From the NCBI RefSeq assembly GCF_022045235.1, contig NW_027266330.1, forward strand, positions 40,796,001 through 40,860,000: a DNA stretch of 64,000 nucleotides, read 5' to 3'. This document shows positions 1-12,289 of the stretch, piece after piece. The DNA comes from Haliotis cracherodii (taxonomy: Eukaryota). The notes beneath the pieces were generated by a model. That model was not told the DNA's origin and did not search any database. It was given only the letters and a program-made list of their open reading frames with translations. A program made the position numbers and the translations under genes. Position 1 is the first letter of the stretch. Every line of letters begins with the position of its first letter.

Positions 1-120
1 ATCAACTTCTTTTGTATGTCAGTGCTTCACGTTCCTGGTACACGTGTTACCTAAAGTACTTGTATCTCTAGAGTTGTAATGAAACGACAAGCGTTGAAGT
101 CCTTAAGTCCTTAACCGGTC

Positions 121-366
121 TTTGTTTGATTGATTGTTTGTTTGTTGTTTAACACCGCACTCAGCAACATTCCAGCTATATGACTGCGGTCTGTAAATAA
201 TTGTTCTGGACCAGACAACCCAGTGATTGATGTGATGAGCATCGATCCACGCGATTGGAATACGATGACATGCATCAACCAAGTGCGCAAGCCTGACCAC
301 CCGATCCCGTTAGACTCCTCTTACGACAAGCATGGGTTAGTGAAGACCTATTCTACCCCGGATCTT
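121..366 (-). mobile_element. SINE-like family A copy
   Basis: Similar to 47808-48073, 51165-51395, 54168-54422 and 60764-60989; (AAAC)n tail. Confidence 0.85.
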
Positions 367-461
367 CCCTGGTCTCAAACCTGTTTTCACTCAATTGCAA
401 TTGAAGTTTTTTATATATATTTTGCATTTCATGGAAGATTATACTGGGGTGTGACTCCTAC

Positions 462-648
462 CTTGACAATAAAAGTGTGACATTCCTCCACCTCCTCCGA
501 CACAACCTCCTCGGAGGTCGTCTCCTCATGCTGTGTCTCCACGGTCACCTCACTACTGACTGGCATCGCCTCCCGTGGCGTCTCGTACAGCGCCAGCGAT
601 GCTTGCGACTTCTTGATGTCTTCAATATCCAGGTGTGTGTCCCAGAAC
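462..648 (-). CDS. Plakin-family gene, last exon in window (FWDTHLDIEDIKK...EEVEECHTFIVK); gene continues left of window
   Basis: tttgtcAG acceptor (650-649), AAG|gtagga donor (461-460); phase matches the preceding exon (AA+G=Lys). Confidence 0.85.
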
Positions 649-880
649 CTGACAAACATACACACAGTTACGATCCATCCAAGAATACACCCCTGAGTAC
701 ATCTGACAAACACACACAGTTACCATCCATCCAAGAATACACACACTGAGTACATCTGACAAACATACACACAGTTACCATCCATCCAAGAATACACACA
801 CTGAGTACATCTGACAAACATTCACGCAGTTACCATCCATCCGTGAATACAAACCCTGAGTAAATCGGACAAACACGCAA
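649..880. repeat. ~54-bp tandem array (4-5 copies) containing the plakin splice acceptor
   Basis: CTGACAAACA at 649, 703, 756, 811; degenerate at 866. Confidence 0.85.
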
Positions 881-1111
881 ACTTCCATGTACCAATTATC
901 CATCCATGAAGACAAACGCTGTTTAAATTTATACCCATTTCTAAACGACTTGATGAACCTTCTAGTGCATACAAATACTGAGATCATATTGTTGTAGTCT
1001 TATGAACTAATGACAGTGTGTGACAGTGTAGTGGCATTTGATATTGTTACTTATCACTAATCAGTAACAGCGACAAGTTGTTAAGTGGCAGGATGAGGAA
1101 TGTGGACTGAC

Positions 1112-1233
1112 TTGACGAAGTGGGCTGTTGTGATGTATCGGAGCTGGTCCCACTTGTCACACACCAGCAGGTGCTTGGGCTGCTTCAGAAGCTCCACGAT
1201 CACCTTGAACGTCTCCCAGTACGCCCAGAAGTC
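1112..1233 (-). CDS. Plakin-family exon (DFWAYWETFKVIVELLKQPKHLLVCDKWDQLRYITTAHFV)
   Basis: AG/GT boundaries, open frame, phase 0 in / phase 2 out, consistent with neighbours. Confidence 0.85.
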
Positions 1234-1914
1234 CTACATCAGCAACACAAGTCAAGCATGATAGTCAGATACACTGAGCTGAATCTTTTGCATCTCTGAT
1301 CAGACAATAAATGAATATATCTTAACTACACATGTGCTTTTATTCGTCATTATAGTGTAAGAGTCTACTATAACCCCTTGAGCATTTTAATGTTAAGCTC
1401 ATTTAAGGAACTATATGTCCATACACTTTTTACTTTACGAGTAGTTATTGCTATGAACTATATTTGAACGTATGATATGATTAAGTACATAACTTTGCCT
1501 AAATGTGTAAGAAAGGTTGATTTCGACCTATTAGGGAACATCTAAAGAAGAGAAAGAGATCTTTTACTACAGGTATGTTTTATTTCTTAACCAACATCTC
1601 CTTTGAAAATTACCCCAAGTCTCACTCTTAAGTGACATAAAACGCTTCACAAAAGCCTAAAGTATTCACACTTTTGAAATATTTTGGCCTAACATATTCA
1701 TTTGGTGTTGTAAGTCCTGCACGTATTGAAAAATGATGACAAGAACTCATTCCCTTCCGTGCGAACACATCTTATTAAATATTAAGGTTAAAAACATCTA
1801 TTTCTAACGTAGATGTCACTTGTCGGGGGGACAAGTGTCGTTATCATACGTGGTCGAATGTCTGTGTGCGATCTATACACCAAATGCTATGTTAATCCAT
1901 GTCGATGTACGTAC

Positions 1915-1982
1915 ACTGTATTTCATCAGCATCTCCTCCAGTGTCTTGATCTGCACCACGACAGTCGACAGCAGCTCGTCAT
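1915..1982 (-). CDS. Plakin-family exon (DELLSTVVVQIKTLEEMLMKYS)
   Basis: gttgcAG acceptor, gtacgt donor, phase 1 in / 0 out. Confidence 0.82.
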
Positions 1983-2149
1983 CTGCAACCCACCAACATG
2001 TCCATCAGTTACATCCATCCACCTGTCACCCTACTCGGGTTTTCTGGCCACATAACGAATACATACACACCAATGATCTGCATCAATATATTGATGTCTG
2101 TGTCAGTAAGACAGATATACGCGCTTCTATACACGCAGTTTCTCCATAC

Positions 2150-2327
2150 CGGAAACACCCCCTTCCGGCGCCTCTTCCAGGATCATACGCAGTCTTGCCA
2201 TTCGTTCCTCCAGCTCGCTGTAGTCGGTGTAGCCTGTCCAGTTCTTGCCCAACGTGTCCTCGATGTACTTGAGTATGCGCAGAAGCTCCAGCTTGTCCGT
2301 CTCCTTCATACACTGGAGGATGGACAC
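2150..2327 (-). CDS. Plakin-family exon (VSILQCMKETDKLELLRILKYIEDTLGKNW...EEAPEGGVS), helical spectrin-repeat-like
   Basis: Within ORF 2127..2402(-); gtccAG acceptor, G|gtatgg donor. Confidence 0.87.
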
Positions 2328-2914
2328 CTGGACACACGTGACGTGATACATCAGTGAGGTGGACATGAGAGGAGAAGTAACAAGGACATAACAACTAGTC
2401 ATTTAACAGGCAGGTTGCCATGATAAATCTTATTTACACCACGTTTTATGTGGAGAGAATATTTACACCTATCATTGTAGGATAAAGTTACAAGAAGTAT
2501 CTACAAAGGAGGTATTCACACAATATTTTTGACAACATACCTCTTTATCTTTATTGTAAAGTTTGGTGAATTTTAACAAGAAGCCTTGGGAAATATGTTC
2601 TTCCGCAGCCACTGTACAAACAGTTTGGTTAGTACAAATCACAAAGATGATCAACACCGAAGTGAAATTGTTAGTAAAAATGTGGGTGAGGACAATAGCG
2701 AGCTGTGTTGTGAAAGTCTTCAGGTAAAGTATGCGTTGATGTTACCGTGGATCCCTGCAGCCACTATCATTTGTTACCGAATATTTCAATTGACCATAAG
2801 TGTAAATGATTATGTGTAAATCGTTATGTATTGTGATGGTTTATAATGACTCCTTTCAGCAATACCTTACGTTCTGCTAGTGCATTCGAAATCTACAATT
2901 TATCTGCCAGAAGA

Positions 2915-3340
2915 GGAATGGGGTGTTGAATTGTCTTGTGGATGAATGGAATTGGGTGTAGGATTGTCTTGTGGAAGGAAAGAATAGGGTGTATGATTGT
3001 CTTGTGGAAGGAAAGAATAGGGTGTAGAGTTGTCTTGTGGAAGGAAAGAATAGGGTGTAGAGTTGTCTTGGGGATGGAAAGAATAGGGTGTAGAATTGGC
3101 TTGTGGATGGAAAGAATAGGGTGTAGAATTGGCTTGGGGATGGAAAGAATAGGGTGTAGAGTTGTCTTGGAGATGGAAAGAATAGGGTGTAGGATTGGCT
3201 TGGGGATTGAGAAATAGGGTGTAGAATTGGCTTGCGGATGGAAAGAATAGGGTGTAGAATTGGCTTGGGGATGGAAAGAATAGGGTGTAGGATTGGCTTG
3301 GGGATTGAGAAATAGGGTGAAAGATTGGCTTGGGGATGTG
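2915..3340. repeat. 33-bp minisatellite, ~12 copies
   Basis: GGAAAGAATAGGGTGTAGAATTGGCTTGTGGAT. Confidence 0.9.
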
Positions 3341-3456
3341 TGGATGGAATGGATGAGATGTGGGACTGGCGTGTAGCTGGAGTAGATCGGTTGTAGGTGT
3401 GGCTGTAGACGGAAGGCAGTGTGTGCCTCGTGATAGTTGATACAATGCAGATGTCG

Positions 3457-3895
3457 AAAGAACGACGTAAGAGAAATAATGGCCGGTCCCTATATGATAG
3501 TCTTCAAAGGTACCATCAACAGATATTCCTAGAAAGTATGAGTAGATACAAAGAACGACGTAAGAGAAATAATGGCCGGTCCCTATATGATAGTCTTCAA
3601 AGGTACCATCAACAGATATTCCTAGAAAGTATGAGTAGATACAAAGAACGACGTAAGAGAAATAATGGCCGGTCCCTATATGATAGTCTTCAAAGGTACC
3701 ATCAACAGATATTCCTAGAAAGTATGTGTATATACAAAGAACGACGTAAGAGAAATAATGACAGGTCCCTATATGATAGTCTTCAAAGGTACCATCAACA
3801 GATATTCCTAGAAAGTATGTGTATATACAAAGAACGACGTAAGAGAAATAATGGCCGGTCCCTATATGATATTCCTAGAAAGTATGTGTATATAC
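3457..3895. repeat. 93-bp tandem repeat, ~4.5 copies
   Basis: AAAGAACGACGTAAGAGAAATAATGG... repeated; explains ORF 3421..3936. Confidence 0.92.
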
Positions 3896-4938
3896 CAGGG
3901 TTGATTGACAGGTTCAAGTGCGTTATAGTGAAATAATTTATTGTAGACATCACATGATGTCATGGAGGTACTAGTATATCCACAAAACTGTAGTCAACTG
4001 AGCAAATGGTTTCGCTGTGACATCCACCTGTCATAAAATAAGCAGCGGTCTGTGAATACACTATGTGCTACAAATAGCGTGATGTGTCGGTTGTGCCAAA
4101 GAAAGGATGCTAAATTGGACAAACTTGAGGAACGTGCTTAGAACTTATCAATCAACCCTCGTGAGTATATATTTACAAAATAAATTTATTCAATTCAGAT
4201 AAATATCTCCCCAAGAGTGCGTAATTCAACAAAAGCCTAGGCGATAACACAACAGTGCGCGTCGACAACACAACATTATCACATCAACACAACGTAATTG
4301 ACACATGCACAGTCAATGGAAGAAAGCATCGCAAACACAACATTTTAAAATGAACATTTGTAACCAGATTTGATATGCCTATCACGTTTATCTTATGCGC
4401 TTTAGAAACACCAGAACCTTGGTTGAGGCCGGCCACCGAGTATACACATGCACAGTCTGCATACAATAGTTCTATGATACAAATCAACAGTTTGCATCCC
4501 ATAATAGTCGTGTCCTTAGCCCGAAACATTACTTTCACCTTTATACATTTCTTATGATTATTACTGCGCACTTAACGTGTTACAATATGTGTTTGATATA
4601 GAGGAGTTCCAAATACGTGGAAAACGTGTTGTTACATTGTGATACACGACACAGGACGAGCTGGAGACAACACAGACAAGCACATGGCCCGTTACCTTGT
4701 CCTTAGAGTTGGCATTCTGCGTGAAGAGATTAGGTTATCAGTTTATGGAGATCAACAGTACGTCAATACAGGATATAATGCATACCATAGATGGACATAG
4801 GGCATCAAGTTAACACAGAGAAGCGTCATTCTCCTATCTCGTGCATGGTATAGCACAGCAACAAAGCAGACATAACCAGCAAAGCTTGTACATGTGGCAA
4901 TACCCTAGACAGCGAGGAGCATACCACCCTCAACAGTC

Positions 4939-5051
4939 CAGGGCCCCTTTCCACAAAGCGATCTTAGCGCTACGATTGTCGTAAGTCAGTGTTAAAAAAT
5001 GGGAGTTACGATCGACTTAGCGCTAAGATCGCTTTGTGGAACGGGGCCCTG
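4939..5051. mobile_element. Palindromic MITE
   Basis: ~35-bp terminal inverted repeats CAGGGCCCC...CCACAAAGCGATCTTAGCGCTA / TAGCGCTAAGATCGCTTTGTGG...GGGGCCCTG; related ends near 28051 and 52316. Confidence 0.8.
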
Positions 5052-5117
5052 AACTTCCCTGTAGAGGTTATGTTAACCGTGGCGTGCTTCCGTCTCATTA
5101 TGTTAGTATAGATGCCT

Positions 5118-5720
5118 CTCCCCCTCTCCTCAAGTCTGTGACACCTAGGTGCTGCATGCTTAAGTCTCATTATGTAACTGCTGATCGATGCTTACCCACA
5201 CTCCCTCCCTCTCCATAAAGTCTGTGACTCATAGGTGCTGCATGTTTAAGTCTCATTACGTAACTGCTGATCGATGCTTACCCACACCCCACACCCCCCC
5301 TCTCCTCAAGTCTGTGACTCCTAGGTGCTGCATGCTTAAGTCTCATTATGTAACTGCTGATCGATGCTTACCCACACTCCCTCCCTCTCCTAAAGTCTGT
5401 GACTCATAGGTGCTGCATGCTTAAGTCTCATTATGTAACTGCTGATCGATGCTTATCCACACTCCCTCCCTCTGAGTCTCTTTAAGTCTGTGACTCCTAG
5501 GTGCTGCATGCTTAAGTCTCATTATGTAACTGCTGATCGATGCTTACCCACTCTCCCTCCCTCTCTTAAAGTCTGTGATTACTAGGTGCTGCATGCTTAA
5601 GTCTCATTATGTAACTGCTGATCGATGCTTACCCACACTCCCTCCCTGTCTTTAAGTCTGTGACTCCTAGGTGCTGCATGCTTAAGTCTCATTATGTAAC
5701 TGCTGATCGATGCTTACCCA
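5118..5720. repeat. ~86-bp tandem repeat, 7 copies
   Basis: AAGTCTGTGACTCCTAGGTGCTGCATGCTTAAGTCTCATTATG... Confidence 0.92.
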
Positions 5721-5925
5721 AACGCTCTTCACACCTGCCACTACTAGGTGTTGCATGGTGCAGATGTTTTGCACACGGTTAAAACTCACCATGATACAAA
5801 TCCATTTCTTAATCTCAAATATATACTTTAAAGGCAGGTGGCAACGACAAAGTTGTATTTAAGAGGAGGAGGCTACTGTAACTATAAGGGGAGACTACTG
5901 CTCCCATCTGTCCCCGGCCACCTAC

Positions 5926-6031
5926 CTCATCCTCGTCCCAGTCCTTGAAGACGATTAGCATGAAGGCCAGCATCTGGTACCCAAGGCGCTTCACTGAAGT
6001 CGTCCACAGTGACAACAACTGCAGTCGGAGT
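5926..6031 (-). CDS. Plakin-family exon (RLRLQLLSLWTTSVKRLGYQMLAFMLIVFKDWDEDE), post-SH3 helix
   Basis: gtccAG acceptor, GAG|gtaggt donor; phase 2 in. Confidence 0.87.
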
Positions 6032-6356
6032 CTGGACAACACAAACAGGGTCGTCACTTTAGTGTAAGACAGGTTGGCATGATTTAGACAGTTCGTAGAA
6101 ACGAGTGCGTTTGGGTAGATGCCGCTTTTAACATTATAACAGTTTTATATCATGAGGTTCAATGCGGTCGTCTAGCGTGAATCCGAGGGTACATAAGGGG
6201 CTGATTCAGGCGGTAAAGGGACATAACTCTGCTCAGCGGGTTGTGTTGCCCTAAACCACTATGGACCCATTGTAGACGTGTCCATGTGATGGAAATAAAT
6301 TACTGTGTCGCAGTAAGGGAAGACAATTACCTTATTGTAATGATTTATTTCAGTAC

Positions 6357-6448
6357 CTGATCGCAGCGTCCACTGCCTCGCCGGACGGCCCCGGGATCAC
6401 CAGTATTACGGCCGGCACTTCTCCAGTCTGACCACGACTGTTGGTCAC
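6357..6448 (-). CDS. Plakin-family exon, SH3 C-terminal half (VTNSRGQTGEVPAVILVIPGPSGEAVDAAI)
   Basis: G..G.VP.V motif typical of the plakin SH3; tttgttAG / AG|gtactg. Confidence 0.9.
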
Positions 6449-6469
6449 CTAACAAAGCACCAGGTAATA

Positions 6470-6920
6470 ACTAACGTCACTACCATCCTGTACAATAATA
6501 ACATACCGTCACTAACATGTTGTACAATAATAACATACCGTCACGAACCTGATGTAATATAATAGCATACCGTCACAAGCATCCTGTACAATAATAACAT
6601 ACCGTCAATAGCATGTTGTACAATAGAAACATACCGTCACTAGCATCCTGTACAATAATAACATACCGTCACTAGCATCCTGTACAATAAAAACATACCG
6701 TCAATAGCATCCTGTACAATAGAAACATACCGTCACTAGCATCCTGTACAATAATAACATACCGTCACTAGCATCCTGTACAATAATAACATACCGTCAC
6801 TAGCATCCTGTACAATAGAAACATACCGTCACTAGCATCCTGTACAATAATAACATACCGTCACTAGCATCCTGTACAATAATAACATACCGTCACTAAC
6901 ATCCTGTACAGTAATAACAT
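6470..6920. repeat. 32-bp minisatellite, ~14 copies, starting ~20 nt from an acceptor
   Basis: ACATACCGTCACTAGCATCCTGTACAATAATA. Confidence 0.92.
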
Positions 6921-7053
6921 ACAGAACCACTCATCGATGTTGGACAATCAAACATGCAGTTACGTATCAGTTGAAACACTGGCAAATATTGGTTAGCGAG
7001 CTGAGAACCACAAACTTATGTGTTTCGTCTGAATCTGAAAAGCGCATGCTTAC

Positions 7054-7116
7054 CCTCCACTTCCGGCGGTTGGTGTTGTCAACGACGGTAATAGTCTCCC
7101 CTTCATTCAGCTCGAT
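7054..7116 (-). CDS. Plakin-family exon, SH3 middle (IELNEGETITVVDNTNRRKWR)
   Basis: SH3 motif with conserved W; cttgcAG / gtaagc. Confidence 0.9.
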
Positions 7117-7227
7117 CTGCAAGCACACGTAGATATGATTGGTCAGTGAAATTAGCTTAATTTGTCAGTTGGAACCATTAGCTCCACATAACAGAATTCC
7201 GCCAGGTACACTGGGTGACAGTCTTAC

Positions 7228-7374
7228 CTCGTCTGAGCGGAAGTCGGTCAGCACCAGAGCAGGACGTGGGTCAGTCAGCTTCTTGAGCCTCAGCGGCACG
7301 GGGACTATGTTCCTGCTGCGGTCAAACAGATTGTCCACCTTGGTCTGCCACTGTAGGTAGGCCAGGAGCACGTC
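7228..7374 (-). CDS. Plakin-family exon (DVLLAYLQWQTKVDNLFDRSRNIVPVPLR...ALVLTDFRSDE), SR5 into SH3 start
   Basis: IVP..LR linker followed by a DF motif as in plakin SR5/SH3; gtccAG / GAG|gtaaga. Confidence 0.9.
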
Positions 7375-8136
7375 CTGGACACAGACACGGGGGTATTATA
7401 ATACATTCTACCATGGATTTGCCAAAACATACCTGAATCGGACTGGTAAGTCAGAAGGTTCAATTACAATTACCAAGTTTGGTTGAAACAGCAGATTTGA
7501 CGTCTGCATCGCCGCCACAGCCGACATCAAATAAAAGAGTACTTCTTCATTTGCCATACTCGGTAGGCATTTTGAAGTAGTAATAAAAACAATAATTATA
7601 GGTTATAAGGTGCAGAATTGTGGTAAAATAGTTAAAGTATTACATCTTGGGAAAAGACGTCAGCAATCGACTAGTGCAACGAGAGTGTAAATTAAGTATG
7701 TTGACAACCGAATGCGTGTCAAACATTTTTTTGTCACAGAGCGATGGAACGACTTTATTTATGATCGAATTAAAAAACAATGTTTGACGATCTACTGTTA
7801 TATAAGTTTACATGTTTTAATTGATGTTTATTCAAGACATTCAAAAGACTGGACACAACCCATGCCGCTTAACTCAATATTCACGTTTTATATTGTCATG
7901 GTAGAATGGAGACTAAGATGCCATTTTCTCAATGGTGAGGTATGTTACCTGAAGACTTAACCGCACTGATACGCACACAGTACGTTTATCCCCAACTTTA
8001 CCACAATGTTGTCAATAAAAAGGGATTTAGGGTTATTGAATCCTTTATTCCAAACGCCTCGATGTATCGACGTTCTGTGGGTTGTGCAATGACACAGTTG
8101 ACATTACACCAAGTTGATGAGTCCTTGTGGACCTAC

Positions 8137-8265
8137 CCTGATCTCATTCAGAATGGCTCTGGCGTCCGCCCTGTCTCCATGGAGCTTCTGTCGGTCGAAC
8201 GAGAGATGGATCCGGGACAGTGTGGTGTTCATCCAGTACTCCGCCTCCTCCACCTCGTGGAAGTA
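8137..8265 (-). CDS. Plakin-family exon (YFHEVEEAEYWMNTTLSRIHLSFDRQKLHGDRADARAILNEIR)
   Basis: Spectrin-repeat helix A; gttgcAG / AGG|gtaggt; 129 nt, phase 0-0. Confidence 0.9.
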
Positions 8266-8267
8266 CT

Positions 8268-9495
8268 GCAACACCAGCCACACTCAACACAAAGCACGGG
8301 GAACCGTTACATGGCAACACCATCCACACTCAACACAACGCTCGGGGAACCATTACATGGCAACACAATCCACACTCAACACAACGCTAGGGGAACCATT
8401 ACATGGCAACACCATCCACACTCAACACAACGCTCGGGGAACCATTACATGGCAACACCATCCACACTCAACACAACGCTCGGGGAACCATTACATGGCA
8501 ACACCATCCACACTCAACACAACGCTCGGGGAACCATTACATGGCAACACCATCCACACTCAACACAACGCTCGGGGAACCATTACATGGCAACACCATC
8601 CATACTCAACACAACGATCGAGGTACAATTACATGGCAACACCATCCATACTCAACACAACGATCGAGGTACAATTACATGGCCACACCATCCATACTCA
8701 ACACAACGATCGAGGTACAATTACATGGCAACACCATCCATACTCAACACAACGATCGAGGTACAATTACATGGCAACACCATCCATACTCAACACAACG
8801 CTAGGGGAACCATTACATGGCAACACCATCCACACTCAACACAACGCTCGGGGAACAATAACATGGCAACACCATCCATACTCAACACAACGCTCGGGAA
8901 CACTTACATACTTACATGGCAACACAACGCTCGGGAACACTCACATGGCAACACAACGCTCGGGAACACTTACATACTTACATGGCAACACAACGCTCGG
9001 GAACACTTACATATTTACATGGCAACACAACGCTCGGGAACACTTACATACTTACATGGCAACACAACGCTCGGGAACACTTACATATTTACATGGCAAC
9101 ACAACGCTCGGGAACACTTACATGGCAACACAACGCTCGGGAACACTTACATACTTACATGGCAACACAACGCTCGGGAACACTTACATACTTACACGGC
9201 AACACAACGCTCGGGAACACTTACATGGCAACACAACGCTCGGGAACACTTACATACTTACATGGCAACACAACGCTCGGGAACACTTACATACTTACAT
9301 GGAAACCCAACGTTCAGGGGAACACTTATATGGCAACACAACGCTCGGGAACACTTACATACTTACATGGCAACACAACGCTCGGGAACACTTACATGGC
9401 AACACAACGCTCGGGAACACTTACATACTTACACGGCAACACAACGCTCGGGAACACTTACATACTTACATGGAAACCCAACGTTCAGGGGAACA
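8268..9495. repeat. Compound minisatellite (46-bp unit shifting to 35/23-bp units) abutting an acceptor
   Basis: CAACACCATCCACACTCAACACAACGCTCGGGGAACCATTACATGG and derivatives. Confidence 0.92.
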
Positions 9496-9644
9496 CAGCG
9501 CAAGCAGGATAACACATGTAGGTTTACAGTAGTTAGTACACGTTAGTGTGTGCACTATGTCATTGTACAGGTGACGCCAAAACTAAATTTTGGATGGCTT
9601 CCATACGTTAAATATTTCGCACTTATATAGAAAGTAGCCTGCGT

Positions 9645-10733
9645 GCTGGTAGGATGGTGCCTGATGTTGTGTGATAGTACTGACCTCCTGGTAGGATGGT
9701 GCCTGATGTTGTGTGATAGTACTGACCTCCTGGTAGGATTGTGCCTGATGTTGTGTTATAGTACTGACCTCCTGGTAGGATGGTGCCTGATGTTGTGTTA
9801 TAGTACTGACCTCCTGGTAGGATGGTGCCTGATGTTGTGTTATAGTACTGACCTCCTGGTAGGATGGTGCCTGATGTTGTGTTATAGTACTGACCTCCTG
9901 GTAGGATGGTGCCTGATGTTGTGTTATAGTACTGACCTCCTGGTAGGATGGTGCCTGATGTTGTGTTATAGTACTGACCTCCTGGTAGGATGGTGCCTGA
10001 TGTTGTGTGATAGTACTGACCTCCTGGTAGGATGGTGCCTGATGTTGTGTATAGTACTGACCTCCTGGTAGGATTGTGCCTGATGTTGTGTTATAGTACT
10101 GACCTCCTGGTAGGATGGTGCCTGATGTTGTGTTATAGTACTGACCTCCTGGTAGGATTGTGCCTGATGTTGTGTTATAGTACTGACCTCCTGGTAGGAT
10201 GGTGCCTGATGTTGTGTTATAGTACTGACCTCCTGGTAGGATGGTGCCTGATGTTGTGTTATAGTACTGACCTCCTGGTAGGATGGTGCCTGATGTTGTG
10301 TTATAGTACTGACCTCCTGGTAGGATGGTGCCTGATGTTGTGTATAGTACTGACCTCCTGGTAGGATTGTGCCTGATGTTGTGTTATAGTACTGACCTCC
10401 TGGTAGGATGGTGCCTGATGTTGTGTATAGTACTGACCTCCTGGTAGGATTGTGCCTGATGTTGTGTTATAGTACTGACCTCCTGGTAGGATGGTGCCTG
10501 ATGTGTGATAGTACTGACCTCCTGGTAGGATGGTGCCTGATGTTGTGTATAGTACTGACCTCCTGGTAGGATTGTGCCTGATGTTGTGTTATAGTACTGA
10601 CCTCCTGGTAGGATGGTGCCTGATGTGTGATAGTACTGACCTCCTGGTAGGATGGTGCCTGATGTTGTGTTATAGTACTGACCTCCTGGTAGGATGGTGC
10701 CTGATGTTGTGTATAGTACTGACCTCCTGGTAG
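9645..10733. repeat. 42-bp (39-42) array, ~26 copies, containing the plakin splice donor
   Basis: Minus strand CCTACCAGGAG|GTCAGTACTA repeated. Confidence 0.95.
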
Positions 10734-10819
10734 GCTGCTGCGTTCTTCAGTTGGACCTCAGCACACTGCATCGTGGTCAGGATCCACTTCCAGTTCTTCC
10801 TCACAGCCGTGATGCAGTT
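10724..10819 (-). CDS. Plakin-family exon (NCITAVRKNWKWILTTMQCAEVQLKNAAAYQE)
   Basis: Matches the plakin hallmark W.W......C.E..LK...AY at the SR4/SR5 boundary; tgtgtAG / GAG|gtcagt. Confidence 0.92.
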
Positions 10820-11360
10820 CTACACATTGAACACACTGTTCACTTCCCGGAAACAAAACATGCAGCCTACCCCATGGTGATACACACATGCATTTAACTA
10901 TACTCACGAAAAAGAGAAACTGTGCTTCATAAATATTTCAATAAAAATTTATTCTGAAATTAAATAATGCATCTTTCAATACAAGGCATCTAATCTCGTC
11001 GTGATTCACAATTGGCACGTGCATGTCAAAGCACGTAGCACAATTTGGATGTTCGCGTGTTTGTCGGGAGCATGTTATTTACACCCGTCGTTCTTAAATG
11101 TGAACAGCACACAATGACTCTTTAGTTGTCAGGTGCTCCTAACAACACCTTTGTTTAATCGTAAATAACGCATAAGCGAAGCCCCCTTATGCGGTTGGTG
11201 CATCTACAGAATCGATAATACATTGATCTGACGAATGGCCAAATATTATGTTGTTATTTTCAATAACATAACAGTTACATGTCACATGCCTTTTGTCCTT
11301 TTTCTAACTGTGACTATCTATTACTGTTCGGTGTATGATGACTCAGCTAGCAAGGAGTAC

Positions 11361-11474
11361 CTGTGCAGTTCTTGCCATGCTCTCGTTAGTTTGGTCAACG
11401 CTGCCCTTGGTTTTTCCAGCCTCCCCGGTGTTGACGAGGTGCACGGCCCGGGAGTCGAACTCGGTGGACATGTT
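11361..11474 (-). CDS. Plakin-family exon (NMSTEFDSRAVHLVNTGEAGKTKGSVDQTNESMARTAQ)
   Basis: ctacAG / CAG|gtactc; 114 nt, phase 0-0. Confidence 0.8.
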
Positions 11475-11569
11475 CTGTAGTACAGGAAGCAGGGACACGT
11501 AATCAATACGGTTCGTGTACAATATCATCTTGGATAGAATGTCATATAAATCTAATGAATATTACTTAC

Positions 11570-11641
11570 CTCAACCAATTCCTGCAGCCCTGAGATTTGC
11601 GAAATGACCTCAAAGCATGAACCTCGTTTGGATGACAGCGC
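11570..11641 (-). CDS. Plakin-family exon (ALSSKRGSCFEVISQISGLQELVE)
   Basis: tgacAG / GAG|gtaagt; 72 nt. Confidence 0.82.
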
Positions 11642-11915
11642 CTGTCAGATATAGAAACAACAATAATAACAAAAACAACAATAATAATAAACAATAAAAT
11701 AAAAACATTGTTTAACATAATGTCATAGTAGTGAAATATTCATGTAAAATAACATTCTTTATGGGCAGGTAGGATATCAGACTGCATATGACACGCCTGG
11801 TACACAAATTGATAGAAACAGGTAGTACGGACTAAGAGTGAACTTGCTCCACGGCACAGGTAAGGACATTTGAGCCCAATTCTGAAAGGCGATACTTCAA
11901 AGTTGTCTCCCTTAC

Positions 11916-11969
11916 TTCTACTGAGCTGTATCTGCCCTTCAGATCAACCGCCTCATCATCGCCAACCTT
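11916..11969 (-). CDS. Plakin-family exon (KVGDDEAVDLKGRYSSVE)
   Basis: tttgacAG / GAA|gtaagg; 54 nt. Confidence 0.8.
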
Positions 11970-12149
11970 CTGTCAAATGAAAAGAAATACAGAGGTCATT
12001 TATTCAATATCATTACGGTGTCTATATTCATAAAATATGACAAGGCTTATGCATACTGTTCACTTAAAAGTTAAGATTCATTGCGCTTGTGACTTTTCTC
12101 CAAATGTGATATTGTTGACTGTTATGTGATGGTGGTAGAGAAGACTCAC

Positions 12150-12278
12150 CGGGTTCTGAACGAGCTTGTCTATCTGCTGACTGAATTCTTTGATCTGGAC
12201 CGCCTTCGCTCTCTGCAGACCCAGTGCCCGAATGACACCGCTCTCCCCCTGGCCGAAACTGGCGCACTCCAGTTCCCC
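12150..12278 (-). CDS. Plakin-family exon (GELECASFGQGESGVIRALGLQRAKAVQIKEFSQQIDKLVQNP), SR3-like
   Basis: ctgcAG / CCG|gtgagt; resembles plakin SR3 helices A-B. Confidence 0.85.
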
Positions 12279-12289
12279 CTGCAGATAGA

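Noticed and set aside
7942-9546. Long ORFs of 534, 472 and 198 aa on the plus strand
   Set aside because: Translations of a minisatellite, antisense to a plakin exon and intron; open in several frames with no domain
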